A program made the position numbers and the translations under genes. Below the pieces are notes generated by a model. That model had not been told where the DNA came from and made no database searches. It saw only the letters and a program-made list of their open reading frames with translations. From Clostridia bacterium (GTDB lineage: Bacteria; Bacillota; Clostridia; Oscillospirales; CAG-272), in assembly GCA_017465885.1 (NCBI GenBank), contig JAFTVG010000011.1, positions 75,276 to 139,275 on the forward strand: a stretch of 64,000 nucleotides of DNA, read 5' to 3'. Positions 1 to 8,136 of this stretch are shown in pieces. The stretch's first letter is position 1. Each line of letters starts with the position of its first letter.

Positions 1-313
1 CTCGGCAAGTATGCCGCTGGGAGCAACCAGGGAAATGAGCTGTGAGCGCATCTCGCTGAACCTGAGGGCAGGGGATCGGATCATTATGGCAAGTGACGGG
101 GTGGCGTCGGACATTGAAGGATCGGTGTGGCTCAAGGACCTGCTTGCAGGCAGACTGAAAAACGACCCGCAGGGGCTTGCCGAGGACATCCTCGCCTTGT
201 GTAAGCAGGACAGCCATCCCGACGATCGCAGCGTGCTGGTCATTGACCTGCTTGACGCCGACGAGTCCTTAAAACAGCAACCATTCAAAAAGAAAGCCGA
301 CCCTCCCGCTTAA
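1..313 (+). CDS. C-terminal fragment of a PP2C-type (SpoIIE/RsbU-family) serine phosphatase; 5' end lies outside the window
   Basis: The ORF is open to the window edge. The tail ...RIIMASDGV...HPDDRSVLVIDL resembles the last PP2C motifs of SpoIIE-like phosphatases. Confidence 0.55.
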   Translation, partial: SASMPLGATREMSCERISLNLRAGDRIIMASDGVASDIEGSVWLKDLLAGRLKNDPQGLAEDILALCKQDSHPDDRSVLVIDLLDADESLKQQPFKKKADPPA

Positions 314-987
314 AAAAGTAGGGGGATCGGTTTGGTAATAGTCATTTTTTCGGGGGTAACGGCACATTCTAAGGCGCGTATCTCCACCCCCGCCGCTCTT
401 GCCGCCCGCAGCTCCCTTCCAAAATCGGGATCGGTTTGGTCGTTTGGCAAAAAGCCCTTCATGCCCGCCATCTGTATGATGAACAGCACCGAGGCGGAAT
501 AGCCCTCCCTTACGGCGAGGGTCAGCTCTCTTAAATGCTTGGCACCTCTTAAAGTGGGCGCATCGGGAAAGCGGACGATGCCCCCTTCTTCAAGGGTCAC
601 TCCCTTTATCTCGATAAAGCGGCGTGCCTCGCCCTTTTCCACATAAAAATCGAAGCGGGAGGAGCCGAAGGTGGTTTCGGGGCGGATGAGAGCGTCCTTG
701 CCGTAAAGGGCGCGCAGATATTCAAAAGCCGCGGCGTTAGGGGCGTTGCTGTCGATGTTTACAAGCATTTCGCCCTTTTTCACGGCAATGACGTCATATC
801 CCGTTTTGCGGGTATGTCCCTCGGGTGCTTTTTCAAGATAGATCTCCGCCCCGAACGTAAGCAGCTCCTTGCACCTGCCCGTATTTTTCACGTGGCATTT
901 CTCTTCCCTGCCGTCGATCTCCGCATAGGCGATAAAGCGGTTGGGGCGGGACAAAAACCTGCCCTTCACAACGTTCTTGTAGGTCAT
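310..987 (-). CDS. sfsA: Sugar fermentation stimulation protein SfsA (DNA/RNA nuclease SfsA family)
   Basis: 225 aa. The N-terminus KGRFLSRPNRFIAYAEIDGREEKCHVKNTGRCKELL is the typical SfsA signature, and the length is typical. Confidence 0.85.
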   Translation of the reverse strand: MTYKNVVKGRFLSRPNRFIAYAEIDGREEKCHVKNTGRCKELLTFGAEIYLEKAPEGHTRKTGYDVIAVKKGEMLVNIDSNAPNAAAFEYLRALYGKDALIRPETTFGSSRFDFYVEKGEARRFIEIKGVTLEEGGIVRFPDAPTLRGAKHLRELTLAVREGYSASVLFIIQMAGMKGFLPNDQTDPDFGRELRAARAAGVEIRALECAVTPEKMTITKPIPLLF

Positions 988-1050
988 TTTTCCTCCAAAA
1001 AGAAGGGAGTTGCCCTCAAATGCAGGACAACTCCCCGTTTTTTTGCTTTT

Positions 1051-2106
1051 TTACAGCGGCTGCTCGAAGAAGATCACCTGCTTCTTCTCGATGCTCTCAA
1101 ACGCCGCCTCGATCACCATCATATCACGAAGCATCTGCTCGTGGGTGACGATCTGGGTCGCTTTGCCGTCGATGGCATCGCAGAAGTTGCGGTAGAAATC
1201 GTGCACGTCGGATACGGGGCGCTCGATCTCGTAGGTATCGGTGGTCACCTCGTCTCTGGGTGCCATGGTCTTGGTCAGACCTGCCGCGGTCTGCACGGGA
1301 ACCACGTCGCTCTCGTGCCAAGCCTTGCAGTGCACCACCTTGGTCTTCTGCGTCCAGTCGGTGATGAGTGCGGTGCCCGAAAGACCTCTCATATAAAAAC
1401 GAGGCATTGCAAGGAAGTTTAACGTTCCTACCTCCACGTAGCCCTCTGCGCCGTTGTCGAAATAGAGATGGAGCTTGAAGCCGTCGTCCACTTCCTTGTT
1501 GGTGATGTTGTCTGCGGTGCAGTAAAGATGGGTGATCTTATGACCCTTAAAGAGCAGGAGCACCTGGTCCATGGTGTGGATGCCCCAGTCGTAAAGCATA
1601 CCGCCGCCGTATTCCTTCTGACCTCTCCAGTCGCTGGGAATGCCTCTGCTGCCGTGGATCCTCGATTCCACGTTGACGATCTCGCCGATCTCGCCGCTGT
1701 CCACGATCTTCTGCATAGCAAGATAGTCCACGTCCCATCTTCTGTTCTGATGGACGGTGAACAGCTTGCCCGTTTCTTCACTTACCGCGATCATTCTCTT
1801 CAACGACTCAACCCCAATGGTTACGGGCTTTTCGCAGATCACGTGCTTGCCTGCCTTTAACGCCTTGACCACCAGCTCCTCGTGCACGTCGTTGGGCACG
1901 GCGATGGTAACGAAATCCACGGTGGGATCGTTTAAAACAGCCTCGTAGCTGTCATAGGCGTAAATGCCGTTGTCTCTTGCCGCCTGCTGACGGTCTTCCT
2001 TGATATCGTAGGTGCCTGCCAGCTCCACCACGTCGCTCTTGAGTGCGTTTCTGGTGTGCCAACCGCCCATTCCGCCGTAGCCGATCACAACAACTCTCTT
2101 TTTCAT
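1051..2106 (-). CDS. Gfo/Idh/MocA family NAD(P)-dependent oxidoreductase
   Basis: Rossmann motif MKKRVVVIGYGGMGG at the N-terminus, and EKP motif (HVICEKPV). The start at 2106 places the GxGxxG loop at the usual position; an alternative upstream ATG lies at 2130. Confidence 0.85.
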   Translation of the reverse strand: MKKRVVVIGYGGMGGWHTRNALKSDVVELAGTYDIKEDRQQAARDNGIYAYDSYEAVLNDPTVDFVTIAVPNDVHEELVVKALKAGKHVICEKPVTIGVESLKRMIAVSEETGKLFTVHQNRRWDVDYLAMQKIVDSGEIGEIVNVESRIHGSRGIPSDWRGQKEYGGGMLYDWGIHTMDQVLLLFKGHKITHLYCTADNITNKEVDDGFKLHLYFDNGAEGYVEVGTLNFLAMPRFYMRGLSGTALITDWTQKTKVVHCKAWHESDVVPVQTAAGLTKTMAPRDEVTTDTYEIERPVSDVHDFYRNFCDAIDGKATQIVTHEQMLRDMMVIEAAFESIEKKQVIFFEQPL

Positions 2107-2311
2107 CACTATACTGCCTTTCTTTTTCATTAGACATTCCTATACGAAGCCATTATACTACAATTCCTTTCATTTTTCAAGAGCATTTTTGCTTTTTTTC
2201 AAAAGATGGAAAACTTTTGGCAAAAAAGATACGCCGTACACCCGAAGGCGTGCGACGCATCAAGAAAGAGAGGAAACGCTGAATATTCTTTTGCTTTTTC
2301 TTTTTATGCCC

Positions 2312-3406
2312 TTACCTTTGCTCATACTCCTTTTTCTTTTTCAAGAACCGCAACGTCACGATGCCGATCCCCAAGCAAAGCCCCGAAACAAGCAGGTAAA
2401 GGGCGGTATTGTCACCCGTTTGGGGAGGGTTTTCTTCCATAGCGTCAAGCTCGGCTACTCGCGCCTCCAGCGCGGCGATGTTCTTTTTGAATTCACTGTC
2501 TTCTCCCTGCCAATCAAAACCCGTTGTCTCATTGGCATTTTTGAGCATCCGCTTTATACCCGGTGTGTTGATCTTATGCCCCAACATCCACTCGACCAGG
2601 CTTTTTCCAGCGTACTCCTCATATTGATCGTTGTATTGGAGCCGCCACATCTGTTGAATTTTGCCATCCACTACCATACCGTAAGGAAGAACGCACAGCT
2701 CCCTGACCTTGTTTTCATCAGGCAAATACAGGGCGTCAATCAAATAGCTTTGGTCGTAATTGCAGGAAAGAGCCCCCTGCTCCTTCAACGCTTCAAATTC
2801 CTCGTCTGTATACATAGAGAGCTTTTCTCTGATCGTATCCGGATTCTGACGCGACAGCTCGCAAGCTGCACGAAGCTCCTCCTTGGTGATTCCAAACTCC
2901 TCAATACACCCCCGCATATAGGGCAAATGCTGGTCATAAACAGTGCTACTGTAAGAGCCCCATTGATCCTCATATTCATAGTCCGTGATATAAATGCACC
3001 GCTCGTTTAAAATTTGATTCAATTCCTCTGAATAAATGTAATAGACATCTTCTACCGACGGCAAATATTGCAGCTGTCGATCAGCGGGAAGCTCCCACGA
3101 AGGTCCGTTTTCATAGTATTCTGCCTCGCGCCGCTCAAATGTCAAGCTGTCAAAGGCATCGGTATAAAAGAGAACGGTCATATTGTTTCCAAGGATCGGG
3201 CAGTTCGGAATAACCGAATCCACAAGACCGGTAGTTCTGATCTCCCCCTCTGCCTCGTTTTTCCGATCCCACAGCTTTTCGTAATCCATATCTACCCACA
3301 GGTCGTTTTCCTTGGCAGATACCCCGAAAGGCAACAGCAAAAGTGCTATGAGGGTCAGGGCAACAAGGGCGGTCAGTCTTTTCACTGTTTTTTTGGTGGT
3401 TTTCAT
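2312..3406 (-). CDS. Secreted surface protein of unknown family with C-terminal (S/P)PXTG sorting signal (paralog 1)
   Basis: Signal peptide (LLLLPFGVSA). The C-terminus has PPQTGD, then a hydrophobic stretch, then RFLKKKKEYEQR. An RBS (aaggaaagga) lies upstream. It shares long blocks with the adjacent gene (LTVLFYTDAFDSLTFERR; RGCIEEFGITKEEL; DALYLPDE). Confidence 0.7.
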   Translation of the reverse strand: MKTTKKTVKRLTALVALTLIALLLLPFGVSAKENDLWVDMDYEKLWDRKNEAEGEIRTTGLVDSVIPNCPILGNNMTVLFYTDAFDSLTFERREAEYYENGPSWELPADRQLQYLPSVEDVYYIYSEELNQILNERCIYITDYEYEDQWGSYSSTVYDQHLPYMRGCIEEFGITKEELRAACELSRQNPDTIREKLSMYTDEEFEALKEQGALSCNYDQSYLIDALYLPDENKVRELCVLPYGMVVDGKIQQMWRLQYNDQYEEYAGKSLVEWMLGHKINTPGIKRMLKNANETTGFDWQGEDSEFKKNIAALEARVAELDAMEENPPQTGDNTALYLLVSGLCLGIGIVTLRFLKKKKEYEQR

Positions 3407-3433
3407 TTTTATATTCCTTTCCTTATAAACGGC

Positions 3434-4489
3434 TCAAAGGTCGTTTTCGTTCTTTTTAATGCGCCGTACGCTCAAAACAAGCGCCGCCGCAGCTCCAACA
3501 AGGATGAAAAGATAAAGAGCGGTACGATCACCCGTTTGGGGAGGATCGTCGTCGAAGTCGTCAAGGGGCTCGAGCATGGCGTTTTGCAGAGAATAAAGCT
3601 GTGCCCCCGCGCCGTTTTGCAGATATTCAAACTCCTCCGCTGCCAAAAAGGCGTTTTCAAGGAAGCGGGCGAAGCCGGGATTTTGAATATCGCTGGTCAT
3701 CAAATGCGCCGCAATGGCACCGTTGCCGTCGTGCATCAGCTCTGCCAAAGTGACGATCTGCCCGTCCACCAGAGCGGCAAAGGGGTAAAGGCAGAGGGCA
3801 GTCACGTCCGCTTCATCGGGCAGGTAGAGTGCGTCCACGATATAGTCGTTTTCGGGAATGCAGGTGAGCAGGCCTCTGCTCTTCATTTGCTCAAATTCCT
3901 CGTCGGTGAACATCGAAAGCTTTTCTCTGATGGCGTCGGGATCGCTTCTTGAAAGGGCGTACGCCGCCAAAAGCTCCTCCTTGGTGATGCCGAATTCCTC
4001 GATACAACCGCGAAGATAGGGCAGCACCTGCGTGCGCTCGCCGTCTTTGATCTCAATGCAACGTCTGTCAAGAATTTCGGAGAGCTGCTCGCTGAAGATA
4101 TAGGAGGTGCCGCCTCTGTAGCCGTGGTAGACGGTGGGCAGATAGAGCGTTTCTCTCTCGCAGGGAATATGCCAGAAAGCGCCTTGGGGGGCTTGTGCAT
4201 TTTCAAAGATCCTTCTTTCAAAGGTCAGAGAGTCAAAGGCGTCGGTATAAAAAAGGACGGTGAGATCGTTGCCCATAAAGGGGCACAGGGGGATCATCCC
4301 CTCCATCAAGCCGGTGCGCACCATTTCGCCCTCGGCTTCGTATTTCTTTGCCCACAGCTCTTCACTTGACCCCTCCTGCCACAGCTCCTGACCGCTTGCG
4401 GCAATACCTGAGAGAAGAGAGAGCAGTACGGTCAGACAAAGGAGGGCGACCGCACCCTTTTTCATCATATTCTTCACCGAGTTTTTCAT
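3434..4489 (-). CDS. Secreted surface protein of unknown family with C-terminal (S/P)PXTG sorting signal (paralog 2)
   Basis: Signal peptide. The C-terminus has PPQTGD, then a TM stretch, then RRIKKNENDL. RBS ggaaggag. It is a tandem paralog of 2312-3406. Confidence 0.7.
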   Translation of the reverse strand: MKNSVKNMMKKGAVALLCLTVLLSLLSGIAASGQELWQEGSSEELWAKKYEAEGEMVRTGLMEGMIPLCPFMGNDLTVLFYTDAFDSLTFERRIFENAQAPQGAFWHIPCERETLYLPTVYHGYRGGTSYIFSEQLSEILDRRCIEIKDGERTQVLPYLRGCIEEFGITKEELLAAYALSRSDPDAIREKLSMFTDEEFEQMKSRGLLTCIPENDYIVDALYLPDEADVTALCLYPFAALVDGQIVTLAELMHDGNGAIAAHLMTSDIQNPGFARFLENAFLAAEEFEYLQNGAGAQLYSLQNAMLEPLDDFDDDPPQTGDRTALYLFILVGAAAALVLSVRRIKKNENDL

Positions 4490-4519
4490 TTTTTACTCCT
4501 TCCCGAGAACGCTTCGTCC

Positions 4520-5015
4520 ATCTCTTTTTTCTTTCGTTTGGCTCTTCACTATATAAGTACAGTTTTTTTCTTGAAAATCAACGCAAAATATAAAATTTTT
4601 CAAAAAAATTTTTCGTGTACGAAAGGTCTTTTTTCTTGCCTTTCGCCCTTCACCATATAAGTACGGTTTTTTTCTTGAAAATCAACGCAAAATATAAAAT
4701 TTTTCAAAAAATTTTTTCGTGTACGAAAGATTCTTTTCTTTCCTTTCGCCCTTCACCATATAAGTACGTTTTTTTCCTTAAAAATCAACGCAAAATATAA
4801 AATTTTTCAAAAAAATTTTTTCGTGTACGAAAGGTCTTTTTTCTTGCCTTTCGCCCTTCACCATATAAGTACGGTTTTTTTCTTGAAAATCAACGCAAAA
4901 CATAAAATTTTTCAAAATTTTTTCGTGTACGAAAGATTCTTTTCTTTCCTTTCGCCCTTCACCACATAAGCACGGTTTTTTTCTTGAAAATCAACGCAAG
5001 CCACAAATTTTTCAC
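4520..5015. repeat. Tandem direct repeat of about 102-104 bp in 4 full copies plus a diverged proximal copy, located in a divergent intergenic region
   Basis: The palindrome TTTCGT-GT-ACGAAA recurs at 4611, 4715, 4819 and 4921. The block CTTCACCATATAAGTAC...CTTGAAAATCAACGCAAAATATAAAATTTTTC recurs with the same period. Units alternate between two subtypes (GGTCTTTTTTCTTGCC versus ATTCTTTTCTTTCC), which implies a higher-order unit of about 208 bp. Confidence 0.9.
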
Positions 5016-5016
5016 C

Positions 5017-5046
5017 GCAAAAAAGGCAGGGCTCCATCCCTGCCTT
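5017..5046 (-). terminator. Hairpin with a U-tract on the minus strand at the distal edge of the repeat array (possible insulator or terminator)
   Basis: AAGGCAGGG-ctccat-CCCTGCCTT forms a 9-bp stem. On the minus strand it is followed by TTTTTT. No obvious minus-strand gene ends here. Confidence 0.35.
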
Positions 5047-5103
5047 CCCCTTCGGTCAAAGCTGTCCGCTTGGCTCATTTTTCCTGCCGCTTGCGAAAAA
5101 TCA

Positions 5104-5132
5104 TTGATTTTTTTATCGGTTCGTGCTATAGT
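5104..5132 (+). promoter_or_regulatory. Sigma-A-type promoter for the SGNH hydrolase gene
   Basis: TTGATT, 17-nt spacer, TATAGT, located about 40 nt upstream of the RBS and ATG at 5170. Confidence 0.5.
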
Positions 5133-5169
5133 TAAGGATAGAAATGCTTCCCGAAAGGAGGTCGCACAA

Positions 5170-6147
5170 ATGTTTTATAACGTCTCCCGCTCCTCTATCC
5201 GTTTCATCGGCAGGTGGGCACCGCTTCGCTACGGTATGGCGGCAACCGCCCCCGGAGCCTATATTGAGCTTGCCTTTGAAGGCTCTGAGGTCACCCTTTA
5301 TTTTGACGTGCAGGATCTGACTCTGCCCTTCCCCCATCTATGGGTGGAGCTTGACGGGGGTGGTCTTTACGAAACGCCCGTTGACCGCTATCTGCGCGTC
5401 AGAGCAAAAAAAGAGGGCGGTCACTTTTTACGCATCTATTTTAAGGGTGCGCGCGAAACGGCAAACCGCTGGCACCATCCCCTGCAGGGCTACGTCCTCT
5501 TCACCGGCTTTGAGGCGCAAGGCGAGGGCGCACTCCCAAAGGACGGGCGCAAGACGCTGGAGCTGATCGGCGATTCCATCACCGAGGGGGTGCTCATCGA
5601 TCCCCAATACGCCCCCAACTGCGAAAACGATCAATATAACCGTCCCTATCAGGACGACGCCCTTTCCACCTACGGCTTTCTTCTTGCCCAAAGGCTGAAC
5701 CTCATCCCTCTTTTTTGCGGCTACGGTGCTACGGGCGTGACAAAGGGCGGATGCGGCGGCGTGCCAAGCGCGCCGGAAACCTATCCCTATTGCTTTGAAA
5801 ATGCCCATGTTGGCTATGCCCCTGCCGACTTTACCCTCATCAACCACGGCACCAACGACAGACACAACCCCCATCTGTTCAAGGAGGGCTACACGGCTTT
5901 GCTTGATCTGGTGTTTGCCCGAAATGAAAACGCCCGCGTTGCCTGCATCATCCCCTTCTGCGGGGCATTTGCCGAGGAGCTTAAGGAGCTGGTGCCCGTT
6001 TACGCCAAGAAAAGGGGCAAGGAAAACGCTCTTTTGCTGATTGACACCGCGGGGTGGCTGCCTCCCGACCCCCTGCACCCCTTAAGAGAGGGGCACGCCT
6101 TGGCGGCAACGCGGCTTGCGGAGATCCTTTCATCCTTTTTCATTTAA
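5170..6147 (+). CDS. SGNH/GDSL-family hydrolase with an N-terminal beta-sandwich-like domain (carbohydrate esterase-like)
   Basis: RBS gaaaggagg lies 8 nt before the ATG at 5170. SGNH blocks are present: LIGDSITEG (block I), NHGTNDR (block III) and DPLHPLREGH (block V, DxxH). The longer ORF-track start at 4984 runs into the tandem repeats. Confidence 0.75.
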   Translation: MFYNVSRSSIRFIGRWAPLRYGMAATAPGAYIELAFEGSEVTLYFDVQDLTLPFPHLWVELDGGGLYETPVDRYLRVRAKKEGGHFLRIYFKGARETANRWHHPLQGYVLFTGFEAQGEGALPKDGRKTLELIGDSITEGVLIDPQYAPNCENDQYNRPYQDDALSTYGFLLAQRLNLIPLFCGYGATGVTKGGCGGVPSAPETYPYCFENAHVGYAPADFTLINHGTNDRHNPHLFKEGYTALLDLVFARNENARVACIIPFCGAFAEELKELVPVYAKKRGKENALLLIDTAGWLPPDPLHPLREGHALAATRLAEILSSFFI

Positions 6148-6155
6148 CGAAAAAA

Positions 6156-6190
6156 GAAAGCCGAAGCGCTTTTCCCACGCATCGGCTTTC
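6156..6190. terminator. Bidirectional hairpin between convergent genes
   Basis: GAAAGCCGA...TCGGCTTTC stem, flanked by an A-run on the left and a T-rich tract on the right. Confidence 0.5.
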
Positions 6191-6201
6191 CATTCGTTTG
6201 T

Positions 6202-7293
6202 TTAGTTTTCTTCCACCTTGCCCGTCTTTTCGTCCACGAGCTGTGCCATCTGGCTCATCTTTTTGGGCAGGGCAAAAAGGAAGGTGCTTCCCTTGCCTAC
6301 GGCACTTTCCACCTTTACCGTTGCCCCAAGAAGCAGACCGATCTGCTTGACCAAGGCAAGCCCCAAGCCGTTTCCCTCGGTGGTGTGAGAGCGGTCGGTC
6401 TGGTAAAAACGGTCGAAGATGCGCGCCATCTCCTCCTCCGTGAGCCCCGGACCCTCGTCGCCGATCCGCGCAACGATCCACTCCTCATCCTCCTTTAAGG
6501 AGATGGAGAGTCTTCCGCCCTTGGGAGAAAACTTGATGGCGTTTGAGATCAGGTTGACCCAGACGTGGGAAAGAACGCTCTCGTCGGTCTCGTATAAAAG
6601 CTCGTCCATATCGATATCCAAGGAAAGATCCTTTTCCATCCATTGCTTTTCAAATAGCAGCAGGGCGTGGCGGATCTGCTCGTCGATGTAAAACTCGCTT
6701 TGCTCGGTGACGTACTGCTGGTTTTCAAGCTTGGTCAGTAACAGAATATTCGTGGAAAGACCCGATAAGCGCTCGGACTCCTTCACGATGAAGTCGATAT
6801 ACTCCCTTTTCTGCTCCTCGTTTAGGGTATCGTCCAGCTGAAGCTGCTTGGCAAAGCCGCGGATGGACACGATGGGCGTCTTGAATTCGTGGGAAAAATT
6901 GTTGATGAAGTCCTTGCGAAACAGCTCCGTTCCCTCAAGCTCCCCCGCCATCCGGTTGAAGTTTTTATATAGATCGGTATAGTCCCCTTCACCCTGGGGC
7001 ACCTCCACGCGGGCGGAAAAGTCGCCGTTTTCCACCTTTTGCATAGCATCGTTCAAATTCTTCATGGGCTTTAAAATATGCTTGACGAGCAGCGGAAGAA
7101 CGAGCATAGACAAGATCATACTGGCAATTGCGCAGAAGAAAGGGATAATAAGGGGCGATCTTGAAATAAAAAGAGTCAAAGGAAAGCGCAGATGAAAGCT
7201 TACGATCACTAAAAGAGCCACGATGGTGCCCATTGCAAGCTGGGTTGCCAATATGAGCAGGGCGGTCTTAAAAAAGAGTGATTTGTATTTCAT
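6202..7293 (-). CDS. Sensor histidine kinase (HssS-like, two N-terminal TM segments)
   Basis: HisKA H-box FSHEFKTPIVSIRGF. HATPase blocks NLISNAIKF, GDEGPGL and GNGLGLALV. Overlaps the response-regulator gene by 4 bp. Confidence 0.85.
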   Translation of the reverse strand: MKYKSLFFKTALLILATQLAMGTIVALLVIVSFHLRFPLTLFISRSPLIIPFFCAIASMILSMLVLPLLVKHILKPMKNLNDAMQKVENGDFSARVEVPQGEGDYTDLYKNFNRMAGELEGTELFRKDFINNFSHEFKTPIVSIRGFAKQLQLDDTLNEEQKREYIDFIVKESERLSGLSTNILLLTKLENQQYVTEQSEFYIDEQIRHALLLFEKQWMEKDLSLDIDMDELLYETDESVLSHVWVNLISNAIKFSPKGGRLSISLKEDEEWIVARIGDEGPGLTEEEMARIFDRFYQTDRSHTTEGNGLGLALVKQIGLLLGATVKVESAVGKGSTFLFALPKKMSQMAQLVDEKTGKVEEN

Positions 7294-7964
7294 TTCAAAT
7301 ATACCGCCTTGTAGCCAAGACCCCTGACGGTGACGATCTCAAAATCCTCGTTGCCCCTGAAGCGGTCGCGCAGACGGTTGACATGCACGTCCACCGTGCG
7401 CTCGTCGGTGTCGCAGTCCATTGCCCAGATCTCGTCCATTAACTGACGGCGGGTGAAGATCTGCCCCGGATAGGACAAAAGCTTGAAAAGCAGAAGGAAT
7501 TCCTTCTGGGGCGGCTCACTGCGCACCCCCTTTTCGGTGACCGTCATCCCGCTGTAATCAAGAACGGTGGAGCCCACGGAGATCTTTTTTTCGGAGGCAA
7601 TGCGGGAACGGCGCAAAAGAGCGGTGATCCGCCACAGCAGCTCCTCCTCGTCCACGGGCTTGGTCATATAATCATCAGTGCCCGCCAAAAAGCCCTCTTT
7701 TTTATCTCTGTGCGTCTGCTTGGCGGTGACCATCAGTATGGGCAGGGTGCTGTTGCCCTGACGAAGAGTTCGGGCAAACTCGTATCCGTCCATTTCGGGC
7801 ATCATCACGTCAAGGACCACCAGATCCACGTGCTGCTCGTCAAGCAGCTCCAGCCCCTCCACGCCGTTTGCGGCGGTGTGCACGGTATAGCCCGCTCTGC
7901 CAAGGACGGCTTGCATCAGTCTTCTTTGAATGGGATCGTCTTCCACGACCATAATATTGAACAT
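7290..7964 (-). CDS. OmpR-family response regulator (HssR-like)
   Basis: Receiver domain (VVEDD...DLVVLDVMMP...TAKQ...KPV) plus a winged-helix output (VDVHVNRLRDRF...VRGLGYK). GFLAGTDDYMTKP resembles HssR-type regulators. Confidence 0.85.
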   Translation of the reverse strand: MFNIMVVEDDPIQRRLMQAVLGRAGYTVHTAANGVEGLELLDEQHVDLVVLDVMMPEMDGYEFARTLRQGNSTLPILMVTAKQTHRDKKEGFLAGTDDYMTKPVDEEELLWRITALLRRSRIASEKKISVGSTVLDYSGMTVTEKGVRSEPPQKEFLLLFKLLSYPGQIFTRRQLMDEIWAMDCDTDERTVDVHVNRLRDRFRGNEDFEIVTVRGLGYKAVYLK

Positions 7965-8136
7965 ACGCGTCTCCTTTTCATATATCGAGCTTCTCTTTTA
8001 TGCTATCATACTACCTTTTTAATTTTAATTCAATATAAATTTCACAAATATTCACGCCAGCGGTAAAAAAGTTCAAGTGCAGTTCATTTTTGGATGATAT
8101 ACTGCTTTGGTAAAATGGCAAGAAAGGTCTAAAAAC

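Noticed and set aside
4520-5015. Possible CRISPR array
   Set aside because: The period is about 104 bp with no unique spacers, the whole unit is repeated, and there are no cas genes in the window.
4984-5169. N-terminal extension of the SGNH hydrolase ORF in the ORF track
   Set aside because: The extension starts inside the tandem repeat and crosses a promoter-like TTGATT-17-TATAGT. A strong RBS precedes the ATG at 5170.
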